Shown here: positions 16,914 through 26,373 of the stretch, one piece after another | How the letters are laid out: the number at the start of each line of letters is the position of its first letter | How positions within the stretch are numbered: position 1 is the stretch's first letter | Assembly: GCF_000011125.1 (NCBI RefSeq) | Contig: NC_000854.2 | Coordinates: forward strand, 1,200,001 to 1,232,000 | Source: Aeropyrum pernix K1 | Lineage (GTDB): Archaea; Thermoproteota; Thermoprotei_A; Sulfolobales; Acidilobaceae | DNA length: 32,000 nt | Reading direction: 5' to 3' | Made by a program: the position numbers and the translations under genes | Notes under the pieces: generated by a model | What the model saw: the letters and a program-made list of their open reading frames with translations, nothing else | Database searches by the model: none | What the model was told of the DNA's origin: nothing

Positions 16914-17115
16914 CCTCTCCGGCGGGCACCCCACCCAAAGGGAAATAATAATTAGCATGACCAAACTTCGTTAAGAGTCTAAATGCACGCCCTGACTTCT
17001 GAGGATGCCTAAATCCTATTAGACTAGTACCTTCTACCCTATCCTGGCATGAACTACAAAATGTAATACTAAGATTCAGTTAAACCCAGCACCTGGAAGG
17101 GTGAGGTAACCCGCC
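16914..17115 (-). mobile_element. ORF-less archaeal 23S rRNA intron (202 nt) in the GTPase-associated centre
   Basis: It splits CAGCCATCCTCTAAAG|AGTGCGTAACAGCTCAC (about E. coli 1085-1090). It is AT-rich with no ORF of 60 aa or more. Its termini are partly complementary (GGCGGG...CCCGCC). Confidence 0.9.
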
Positions 17116-17789
17116 TTTAGAGGATGGCTGCTGTTAGGCCCACCTCCCCGCTGTCTTAGGCGGGGGACGCCCTTTGGCTTGGCACTTAGCCGGCACTTAG
17201 GGGCCTTAACCCCGGTCTGGGTTGTTCCCCTCTCGGCCCCCGGGCTTACCCCGGGGAACCCCACTCCCGCCATCTACGGCGGCCGCAGGTTCGGAGTTTG
17301 ACTGGGCGCCGGGGGCTTTACGCCCCCTGCACGCCCAATCAGTAGCTCTACCCCACGGCCCGGCCTCCGGCGGGGCTGGCCTGCGAGCCACTTCGGCGGG
17401 AACCAGCTATCTTCCGGGCTAGATTGGCCTTTCACCCCTAGACGGGGGTCAGGGGAGCGATTTGCACGTCAGCACCCTTGCGGGCCTCCACCGGGGTTTC
17501 CCCCGGCTTCGCCCTGCCCCCGCCTAGATCGCCCGGTTTCTGGTCTCACGGCCGTGACTCCGGGCCCTATTAGGACCCCGCCCCTCGCCGGGGTCGCCCC
17601 CGGCTGCGGGCCTGTCGGTTTCCCTGCGCCTACGGGGTTGACCCCCTTAAGCTCGCCACGGCCGTGAACTCCCCGGCCCGTGTTTCAAGACGGACGGTGC
17701 GACCCCGGTCCATCCCCCTCGTACTCCCCGGTCGCCCGGGTTTCCTTCGGGGGTTTCACCCCTTTCGGGCCGCACCGTATGTCGCCGCC

Positions 17790-17868
<79 letters not shown>

Positions 17869-18491
17869 GGACGTATTTAGCCTTGGAAGTCGGTTCCTCC
17901 CAGCTTCCCACGGCAATACCAAGCCGTGGTACTCTGCCCTGCGGCACGGGCCCCCACGGTTTCGCCTACGGGGCTATCACCCTCTACGGCGGGGCATTCC
18001 AGCCCACTTCGGCTACCGTGGGTCGGCCCGCCGGGGCTCGAAGCCCCAGCCGCAGGGCCGCAACCCCTCATCCCCCCACGGTCCTCCCGTGGGGGATTGG
18101 TTTGGGCTCTCCCCCTTTCGGTCGCCCCTACTCAGGGGATCCCTGTTGGTTTCTTCTCCTCCCCCTACTCAGATGCTTCCTTTCGGGGGGTTCCCGCCCC
18201 CAAACGGGGGCGCTGCGGGCTCTTCGCCCGCAGCGGGAAGTCCCATTCGGGGATCCCGGGTTCGACGGCTGCCTGCGCCTACCCCGGGCTTATCGCAGCT
18301 TGCCACGCCCTTCCTCGGCGCCCGAGCCGAGCCATCCCCCGGGCGGCATAGGTGCCGTAGGCCCGCCTGGGCGGGGCCCCTAGGGCCCGGCGGCCTGCAG
18401 GGTACAGGCGCACCGGCAGCCCCCCAAGGCAGGGAGCGCTGTCTAGGGCGGCTCTGTGCCCGCACGGGCACCCCGGACCCTCGGCTGCCCC

Positions 18492-18515
18492 CGCTGGTGG
18501 ATGGAGGCGGCGCTC
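18492..18515 (-). repeat. 23S processing-helix strand (5' flank); pairs with 14291-14314
   Basis: Exact 24-nt reverse complement of 14291-14314. Confidence 0.85.
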
Positions 18516-18639
18516 ACAGCAGGGCCCCCGGGGCAAGACTGCGGCACGCGCAGTAGCACCCCGGGCTAGCCCCCTCGCGCCCTTCGCCCAGGAGCCCACG
18601 GCTCCTGAGCTGCATCCCAAAGGCTAAACACAAGCATAA

Positions 18640-18659
18640 AGGGCTCTAGGACGGCGCCC
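18640..18659 (-). repeat. 16S processing-helix strand (3' flank); pairs with 21049-21068
   Basis: AGGGCTCTAGGACGGCGCCC is the exact reverse complement of 21049-21068 (20 bp). Further partial complementarity exists closer to the gene (GCCGCCTAG near 18700 with CTAGGCGGC near 20937-20945). Confidence 0.85.
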
Positions 18660-18712
18660 ACACCCCCTCACAGGCCTTTCACGAGCCCGCCCCCGGCTGC
18701 CGCCTAGCTTCG

Positions 18713-18771
<59 letters not shown>

Positions 18772-18843
18772 GGGGGAGGGGGTTCGACCCCCTCCCGGCG
18801 GAGAGGGCCTCACCCCCTCCCCCCTCGGGTGGAGCGACGGGCA

Positions 18844-18880
<37 letters not shown>

Positions 18881-19135
18881 GATGACGCGCGGTTACTAGG
18901 GATTCCACGTTCACGAGGGCGAGTTGCAGCCCTCGATCCCAACTGAGGCGGGGTTTGAGGGATTGCCTCCCCCTTTCGGGGTCGGCACCCGCTGTCCCCG
19001 CCATTGTAGCCCGCGTGCAGCCCGGGGGTTTAGGGGCATGCTGACCTGCCGTTGCCCCCTCCTTCCTCCGCCTTAGCGGCGGCAGTCCCCCTAGTGTGCC
19101 CCCCGGGTCGCCCCGGGGATGGCAACTAGGGGCGG

Positions 19136-19166
<31 letters not shown>

Positions 19167-19284
19167 ACCTCACGGCACGAGCTGGCGACGGCCATGCATC
19201 TCCCCTCAGCGCGTCGGGCAAGGCCTTCAGCCTGGCCGTCATCCTGCTGTCGCCCCCGGTGGAGGTTCCCGGCGTTGACTCCAA

Positions 19285-20004
<720 letters not shown>

Positions 20005-20142
20005 GCCATTACGAGAAGACCCCTCCCGCGGACCTTTCAGCCTTGCGGCCGTACTCCCCAGGCGGCGGGCTTAACGGCTTCCCTGCGGCACTGGGCGGGC
20101 TCGCACGCCCGCCCAACACCTAGCCCGCATCGTTTACAGCCG

Positions 20143-20207
<65 letters not shown>

Positions 20208-20400
20208 CAGCCGAGCGCCTTCGCCACTGGTGGTCCTCCCGGGATTAATGGATTTCGCCCCTACCCCGGGAGTACCCTCGGCCTCTCCCGCCCCCTAGCC
20301 CGACAGTATCCCCGCCACTCCCCGGGTTGAGCCCGGGGCTTTAGGCGGGGACTTGTCGAGCCGGCTACGGGCGCTTTAGGCCCAGTAAGCACCCCGACCG

Positions 20401-20437
<37 letters not shown>

Positions 20438-20538
20438 TCTTGCCCCCCGCTTATTCCCCCGCCTACTTACAGCGGGGAAAAGCCCCCCCAAGGGGGGCAC
20501 TCGGGGTAGCCCCGTCACGGTTGCCCGCATTGCGGAGT

Positions 20539-20588
<50 letters not shown>

Positions 20589-20589
20589 T

Positions 20590-20622
<33 letters not shown>

Positions 20623-20801
20623 CGTAGGCTTGGCGGGCCATTACCCCGCCAACTACCGTGATGGGCCGCAGCCCCATCCTCGGGCGGACCGCGGGCGATA
20701 ACCCCCCGCGGCCCCTTTCGGCGGAGGACCCTTCCAGGCACCCCCCGCCTATCGGGGATTAGCCCCAGTTTCCCGAGGGGTTATCCCCGTCCCGAGGGTA
20801 G

Positions 20802-20836
<35 letters not shown>

Positions 20837-21048
20837 CGCAGCGGCGGGGCGTTCGACTCCCATGGCTTAGCCCTACCCCGATAGCGGTCGGGTCCGGCAG
20901 GATCAACCGGAGTTACGGCCGCGGCTGGCCGCGACCCCTAGGCGGCCAGCCGAGGGCGGAGAGGCTAGTCGCGGGCCCAGAGGGGGAGGGGGAGCCTCCT
21001 GTGGGCTCCCCTGGCGTGGGGCGGCTATAAGGGCCGCCCTCCCCTAAG

Positions 21049-21068
21049 GGGCGCCGTCCTAGAGCCCT
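21049..21068 (-). repeat. 16S processing-helix strand (5' leader); pairs with 18640-18659
   Basis: Exact 20-nt reverse complement of 18640-18659, so the pre-rRNA leader extends at least this far upstream. Confidence 0.85.
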
Positions 21069-21136
21069 GTCGAGCCCGAACTTCCCCGGGGTAGTCGCCC
21101 GGGGGTGTTCGGGCCCCCACTTAGCCAAGCGTCAAG

Positions 21137-21176
21137 GGCACCGCCGCTGCTACGAGGCTTGCGGGGCGGCGGTGCC
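21137..21176 (-). other. 11-bp perfect GC-rich hairpin in the presumed rRNA leader
   Basis: GGCACCGCCGC (21137-21147) pairs with GCGGCGGTGCC (21166-21176), leaving an 18-nt loop. Confidence 0.6.
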
Positions 21177-21199
21177 GAATACTAGTCTAGAGTCCGGAG

Positions 21200-21272
21200 G
21201 GTTATAATACTTACGGGGGGGTCTTACTCCTGGGTTAACCGGTTCCCACATACGTTTAAACGTTAAAAACAC
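21200..21272 (-). promoter_or_regulatory. Candidate rRNA operon promoter region (two TATA-like boxes)
   Basis: The minus strand reads GTTTTTAACGTTTAAAC (21254-21270) and GTATTATAAC (21201-21210). These are the only AT-rich blocks upstream of the leader helix. I cannot tell which one is used. Confidence 0.35.
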
Positions 21273-21722
21273 TCGGCGGTTCTGGTGTGCCCGCGGCTGG
21301 AGGCTGGAGGCTCATCCCTCTAGGAGGCTCTGGAGCCGGGGTTCCACCCCGCGTCGCCCCCGCGCCGCCGCCGGGAAGCCGCGGGCCCACTCTACAATAT
21401 ACGAGGGGAGGGGTAATTCTGTAACGCTGCAAAACCGGTTTAACCCCCACGCGGTTTTAAAGTAATGTGGGCGCCGGTGACATTGCTCGAAAGGGCGGAA
21501 GCCCTCCCGGCTGCGGGGGGCGGTGTAGAGCCCGCGCAGGGTTGAGGCGCCCCGCAAAGCGTGGGGGTGGTCTTCTCCTGCTTAAAGCCGCGTCACACTA
21601 GTGTTATCCTTTGGGTGTGATGAGGCAGGGACGTGGCGGAGCCCCTCCATGGCCAGTTGGCCTGCGGGTGGGGCTGGGATCGTAGTTGACGCGTCTGACC
21701 CTTCAGCGGTGGGTGTGGGGGG

Positions 21723-22481
21723 ATGGAGTACCAGCTCATGGTGGAGATAGTGGAGAAGTATGGTCTGCCGGGTCTTGCCATAGTATCCTTTATAAACAAC
21801 GCCATACCGGGGCTACCCCCCTTCTACTTAACTGTGATATCTGCTTACGCGGCTGTCAGCGAGAACTCGCACTGGCTTGCAACGGCCCTGTACGCCGGGC
21901 TGGGCGCTGGTATAGGCAAGGTCGCCCTCTTTGCGGCCAGCCTCTACGCATTCTCTAAGACCGGCCGCGGCCGCCGCGTCAAACAGTACTCCGCCAAGCT
22001 CATGGAGTCTAGGCGGGCTAAGGTGAGCCTCGCTATAGCCATCTTCTTCATAGCACTCCTCCCAATACCCGACGACATAATCTATATACCCCTTGCAGCC
22101 ACCTTCTACAACCTCCTGTACTTCTCTATAGCCGTCGTAACCGGGAAGCTCGTCCTAGTCACGCTGTTCTACGGCGTCGGCAGGGCGTCCAAGGGCCTCA
22201 TAAGCGCCGTGCTAGACTACCTCCTCCCGGAAGCACCAACAGCAGGGTACCCCCTAGGCGCCGTGCTAGCGCTAGTCGCAGTCAGCCTAGGCTTCAGCCT
22301 AGCTATAGCAGCGGTAGTTCTAGCGATAGACTGGACAAGCGTGTACACAGCATACATAAACCAGGGCAGCAGAGCCGCGGCCAAAACCTTCTTCAAAGAG
22401 ATGGCGCGAGTAGCGTCTAACACAAAAACAGCGGTGAGAGACGCGGTGAGGACGGGAAGATCGCTAATCTCGAAAGCCTAG
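21723..22481 (+). CDS. Integral membrane protein, VTT/DedA (SNARE-associated)-like
   Basis: 252 aa with about 6 helices. The segment FFIALLPIPDDIIYIPLAATFYNLLYFSIAVVTGKLV resembles the VTT-domain re-entrant loop pattern. This assignment is tentative. Confidence 0.45.
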   Translation: MEYQLMVEIVEKYGLPGLAIVSFINNAIPGLPPFYLTVISAYAAVSENSHWLATALYAGLGAGIGKVALFAASLYAFSKTGRGRRVKQYSAKLMESRRAKVSLAIAIFFIALLPIPDDIIYIPLAATFYNLLYFSIAVVTGKLVLVTLFYGVGRASKGLISAVLDYLLPEAPTAGYPLGAVLALVAVSLGFSLAIAAVVLAIDWTSVYTAYINQGSRAAAKTFFKEMARVASNTKTAVRDAVRTGRSLISKA

Positions 22482-22835
22482 AGACGCCCCACAGCGACCC
22501 CTAATTTAAACATCAGATTACAACCGGCTCGACACCCCCCATGATGCACGCCAGTCCTGAAAAATTTCTAGCATAGCTGTGTGGAAGAAGCATTCACCTC
22601 GTAGGGGTATTCTAAAGCCCCCGCGTGGCTGGCGGAAGACTGGGTCAAGATCTTAAAACCCGCCTCTATGGAGATTATCGTAGAAAAGACTCGGGATGGA
22701 GAGTGGCGGTAGGAAGGTCACGCAGATAACCCTGCCAACGGCTAAACCATTGGTAGGGGGCTGTGAAGAGGATAGCGGACCCCGACGGGGGCTCTAACCC
22801 CCCCAGAATGGGGAGGGATCAACCACCGGAGCCCC

Positions 22836-24056
22836 CTATCTGAGGAGTATTATCCTTTCGCTCGAGAACTCCCGTGCGGCCGCTGCTATGAAGAGGGCTG
22901 TGAAGCCGGTTAACACGGCCATGTGGATTGTCGTGGCTGCGAGGTCGCCTACAGAGGCTTTTATGACGGCAAGGCTTGCGTGGGTAAAGGGTATTGCCTG
23001 AAGCAGTATTGAGAGCCAGGCTGGAAGGCGCGAATAGTCGACTACTAGGGCTGAAAAATATATGGCCAGGGCTACCATTAGCACAATAAACGAGCCGCTC
23101 TGCGCCGACCTTATGGTCTCGCTCCTGGCGCTTATGAAGGCCGTGATACCCGCCGTCAGTATGACTAGGAGGGCTGAGGAGGCAGCCCATGATGCCACAA
23201 GAAGAGGGCTCAGAAGCAGGCTGAAGCCCGAGAGGGTGAAGAAAGCGACTAGCGCCAGGCTGTCGGCCGCAGCCGCCGCCAGGCCAAGAGCGGCGGCTGC
23301 GGCGACCTTGCCCACAAGTATCTCAAGCCTCGAAGCACCAGTCAGCAGCAGCTTCTCCAGAGTCCTCCTCTCCCTCTCCCCGACTATAGAGTCGGAGACG
23401 AAGACTATGGCGGGGTTAACCACGAAGAAGAGGCTGAAGGCCACAACCCTAGCGCTCATAGCAACCGCCTCCCCCCGGGCGCCCGCGGCGCCTCCCCCAA
23501 ACCCTATGTACTCCCTCTCAACCTCCAGCGGGTCCAGGAGCCTCTCCACATCAACCTCTACACCAGCAGCCTCTGCAAGCCTGGAAACCCTACTCTCCAC
23601 AACCGCCTCCTCGAACAGGGAAGCATAGCCCTCTACAAGAGATGCCACCTGGCCTGCAAGGGGGCTGCCCGGGGTAACTACCAGCCTTATAGACACCCTC
23701 CCATCGAGGTCCTCGAGCCCCCTGGAGAAGCCTTCCGGGATCACAACTGCTATAGAACCAAAGGGAGTGTCAAAGCCCTCCACACCACTCAGAATCTCCA
23801 CATTAACAGCCACGCCCGGCAAACCACTCTCCAGATACTCCGCCAGCCCCTCCGCGAAGAGGCTAGAGATCTCAGAGCCGTCCTCGTCTACAATGTAGAC
23901 GTCCATAGACTGGGCCGAATAGAGGCCCCCCGAGAAGATTGCGAGCCCCGGGAGGGCCACCAGGGGGAGGACCACCACGTACGCCAGGGTCTTGTAGTCC
24001 CTGGATAGGTCTAGCAGCTCCTTCCAGAGTATAGCCTTGACAGCCCAGAGCCTCAA
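22836..24056 (-). CDS. ABC-2-type transporter permease (NatB-like)
   Basis: 406 aa. It has an N-terminal helix, a large extracytoplasmic loop and five C-terminal helices. The start AILWKELLDLSRDYKTLAYVVVLP is typical of the ABC-2/NatB family. There is a 4-nt overlap with the upstream ATPase gene. Confidence 0.75.
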   Translation of the reverse strand: MRLWAVKAILWKELLDLSRDYKTLAYVVVLPLVALPGLAIFSGGLYSAQSMDVYIVDEDGSEISSLFAEGLAEYLESGLPGVAVNVEILSGVEGFDTPFGSIAVVIPEGFSRGLEDLDGRVSIRLVVTPGSPLAGQVASLVEGYASLFEEAVVESRVSRLAEAAGVEVDVERLLDPLEVEREYIGFGGGAAGARGEAVAMSARVVAFSLFFVVNPAIVFVSDSIVGERERRTLEKLLLTGASRLEILVGKVAAAAALGLAAAAADSLALVAFFTLSGFSLLLSPLLVASWAASSALLVILTAGITAFISARSETIRSAQSGSFIVLMVALAIYFSALVVDYSRLPAWLSILLQAIPFTHASLAVIKASVGDLAATTIHMAVLTGFTALFIAAAAREFSSERIILLR

Positions 24057-24883
24057 CAGCCGCCCCCCGTCACTATGTTAACGAAAGCGTCCTCCAACGT
24101 TTCACCACAATACTCTTCCACAAGCCTGTATGGAGGGCCGCTGGCGACGGTTGAGCCGCCGTGGATTATAGTCACCCTATCCGCAATCTCCTCGGCCAGC
24201 GCCAGGTCGTGGGTGGTGACAAGTATGGCCCTGCCCTCTCGCGAGAGGCCCCTCAGAATCTTCTTTATCCTGTTAGACGCTATCGGATCCACGCCCGAGG
24301 TGGGCTCGTCCAGCACAACAAGCCTGGGCTTTGACATGAGTGTTATGCCGAGCAGTAGCCTCCGCTTCATACCCTTACTATACCCCCCGGCCCGCCTAGC
24401 CAGGTCCTCTCGCGAGAGGCCGCTGTAAAACACCGCGTTCTCCACAAGCTCCTCCACATCACGCCAGCCCGAGTAGAGCCTCGCGTAGAAGAGTATGTTC
24501 TCCATGCCAGTCAGCCTCTCATAAACCGAAGCGTCCTCCGGCAGATAGCCCACCTCACCCTTTACACGCTCAAACCCCCCGCCCCAAGGGTCAACACCCA
24601 GCACCCTCGCCTCACCGGAGTCACGGGATAGAAGGCCCACCAGCACCCTCAGGCTCGTCGTCTTCCCAGCGCCGTTAAGGCCCGCGAGAACATGGATCTC
24701 GCCAAATTTTACGGAAAGCGAAACGCCCCTGAGAACAGGCCTCCCCTTAACACTCTTAGCAACACCGCAGAGGCAGGCAGCATAGCCGCCCTCTAGACAG
24801 GCGCAACTATTCTTGTCCACCGGAACCCTATCCCCCCAGGAAGCCCTGGATACGCTATTATACTCGAAAACCCATAATAACAC
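24053..24883 (-). CDS. ABC transporter ATP-binding protein (NatA-like); the real start is probably GTG at 24820
   Basis: Walker A GLNGAGKTT, signature YSKGMKRRL and Walker B LVVLDEPTSGVD. The in-frame GTG at 24820-24818 gives a normal-length N-terminus and removes the overlap with the divergent gene. TATA-like TTATTAT lies at 24875-24881 on the minus strand. Confidence 0.88.
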   Translation of the reverse strand: MLLWVFEYNSVSRASWGDRVPVDKNSCACLEGGYAACLCGVAKSVKGRPVLRGVSLSVKFGEIHVLAGLNGAGKTTSLRVLVGLLSRDSGEARVLGVDPWGGGFERVKGEVGYLPEDASVYERLTGMENILFYARLYSGWRDVEELVENAVFYSGLSREDLARRAGGYSKGMKRRLLLGITLMSKPRLVVLDEPTSGVDPIASNRIKKILRGLSREGRAILVTTHDLALAEEIADRVTIIHGGSTVASGPPYRLVEEYCGETLEDAFVNIVTGGGC

Positions 24884-25562
24884 AACAGGCCAGCCCCCGG
24901 CTTCGGCGAGGTGCCCCTACACCTTGGAGAGCCTCAGAGGCTTCTTGGAGCGGTACGGCGAGAAGGGTTACATCGTGCTAAAGGCTATTCTAGAGGAGTC
25001 GCAATCACCGGGTAGGGGGCCGAAGCCGGGGGACTTCAGCTTCCGGGGCCTCAGGGCGAGAATCGCCAGCTACGGCCTCGAGTACAACCCCAGCCTCCTG
25101 CTGGCAAGGCTCGAGAGGGAGTATGGCGTAATAGAAACCAGCTTCAGGTCCTCAAACCAGCACTGGTGGAGGATAAGGGATAGGAGGAGTGTGGAGAAGG
25201 CGGTAAGGGAGTATGAGGGTGCCGAGGAGGAGCCCCTAGACCCCAGGGTGAGAGTCCTTAGGATCCAGTTCTGGAGTCTCGAGCCCGAGAGGCTGCTTAA
25301 GAGGCTGAGGAGGCTCTCCAGCCTGAGGAGCCAGACGCCGAGGGACAGGCGGGCCATTAGGGAGATAGCGTTCGAAATACTACCCCTGCTGGCAAGGTTC
25401 CTCGAGGAGGCCTATAACTATGAGGAGCAGCTTGAGAGGGAGATAATGCTGGCCGAGGAGATACTGTCCGAGGCAGAGAAGGCCCTAGCATCCCCTTCCC
25501 AACCCAAGGCCAGGCTACTGGGTGAGGACGCCAGAATCGGCGGCGCTAGAGAGCCTGTCTAG
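24813..25562 (+). CDS. Hypothetical protein (possible winged-helix N-terminal half, coiled-coil C-terminal half); the start is probably internal (TTG 24924 or 24945)
   Basis: 249-aa ORF. LLLARLEREYGVIE and surrounding residues look wHTH-like. The C-terminal EEQLEREIMLAEEILSEAEKAL looks like coiled coil. TATA-like TATTATA lies at about 24853-24862. I recognise no family. Confidence 0.5.
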   Translation: MSTGTLSPQEALDTLLYSKTHNNTTGQPPASARCPYTLESLRGFLERYGEKGYIVLKAILEESQSPGRGPKPGDFSFRGLRARIASYGLEYNPSLLLARLEREYGVIETSFRSSNQHWWRIRDRRSVEKAVREYEGAEEEPLDPRVRVLRIQFWSLEPERLLKRLRRLSSLRSQTPRDRRAIREIAFEILPLLARFLEEAYNYEEQLEREIMLAEEILSEAEKALASPSQPKARLLGEDARIGGAREPV

Positions 25563-26303
25563 TATCGCCTTGAAAGCCCTCGAGAGCGTCTCCCTATTGC
25601 TATACCCTGCCACAATACTCCTAAGCTCCTCCTCGCTAGCCCCCGAAAGCTCGTCCACAAACCTGGTAATATTCCTAGTAGCCCTGACAGCCTCATCCAC
25701 TATCGTCACGCTAGCCTTCTGCGCCGTCCGGCTGAACGGGTTTAGATCTATAGCGGCAACCCTCTTCCCCCACTTAACCAGGGCCTCGGTCCTATCGCCA
25801 TCCTCTATAGCCAGCAGGACGAAGTCCGCAGAAGCTATACCCTCCACACACACTATGCCGCGAGGACTCTCCAAGCCGGGCACCCTCGTTTTCTCGCAGT
25901 CGGGAGGCAGAAGGCCCTTAACGCCGGCGGAAGCGAGGACCTCGTGAATCCTCCTAACCCTCTCCTCAGTCCTGTAGAATATGTTAACCTCGACCACCGC
26001 CCTACCCCCTAGGGCTTCGGACAGCCTCGCTATCTCCCCCGCCGCGAGGGCGGCATAGTTCCCGTTTACAGAGATAACCGGCCTCTTCGACAGGAGGAGG
26101 TATGCTGCAGCAACCCTCTCAGCCTCCAGGGCGAAGTCATGGCTCTTCTCTCCCAACAGATAGTCGAAACACTCCCCCCTCCCGTGGGCTATAAGCCCCT
26201 GAGGCACAACCACACCCTTCTCAAACATCTCAACAAGCTTCTCCCTAGCGACGAGAGACTCGTACCGTGGGTGGCTCCTGGGTATGTCGAAGCCACCGTG
26301 CAA
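25515..26303 (-). CDS. Archaeal phosphopantothenate synthetase (4-phosphopantoate--beta-alanine ligase, COG1701 family)
   Basis: 262 aa. The N-terminal IPRSHPRYESLVAREKLVEMFEKGVVVPQGLIAHGRGECFDYLLGEKS matches the hallmark I recall for this family. It is adjacent to a GHMP-type kinase, as in many archaea. Confidence 0.8.
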   Translation of the reverse strand: MHGGFDIPRSHPRYESLVAREKLVEMFEKGVVVPQGLIAHGRGECFDYLLGEKSHDFALEAERVAAAYLLLSKRPVISVNGNYAALAAGEIARLSEALGGRAVVEVNIFYRTEERVRRIHEVLASAGVKGLLPPDCEKTRVPGLESPRGIVCVEGIASADFVLLAIEDGDRTEALVKWGKRVAAIDLNPFSRTAQKASVTIVDEAVRATRNITRFVDELSGASEEELRSIVAGYSNRETLSRAFKAILDRLSSAADSGVLTQ

Positions 26304-26373
26304 GACGCTTACACCCTCGATACTACGTTACCCGGCAGGGGGGATATCCTAGGCTATATGGCGTGGGTGAAGC

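Larger units (their letters stand above)
18363..18712 (-). other. 16S-23S internal transcribed spacer without tRNA
   Basis: GC-rich spacer holding one strand of each processing helix (18492-18515 for 23S, 18640-18659 for 16S). I could find no cloverleaf or T-loop (GGTTCRAATCC) pattern. Confidence 0.8.

Noticed and set aside
18363-18712. A possible tRNA in the 16S-23S spacer.
   Set aside because: No acceptor or T-arm pattern is present. The spacer is accounted for by the two processing-helix strands, which is consistent with crenarchaeal operons.
21601-21700. GTGATGA ... CTGA, another possible C/D box pair upstream of the membrane-protein gene.
   Set aside because: The boxes are about 95 nt apart, far longer than typical archaeal C/D sRNAs, and there are no internal D'/C' boxes.
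21270-21722. I tested the idea that this GC-rich gap is a 5S rRNA, SRP (7S) RNA, RNase P RNA or tRNA.
   Set aside because: I could not find the hallmark strings I know on either strand: GGAAGGGAGCA-type SRP helix 8, GAAAGTCC-type RNase P CR-I, GGTTCRAATCC T-loop, or the 5S loop motifs. It is kept only as an unexplained region, not called as a gene.
22549-22580. A C/D-box-sRNA-like start: ATGATGCA followed about 8 nt later by CTGA.
   Set aside because: The C box is imperfect (UGAUGC). I found no C' box or terminal D box at the expected spacing, and no terminal stem.
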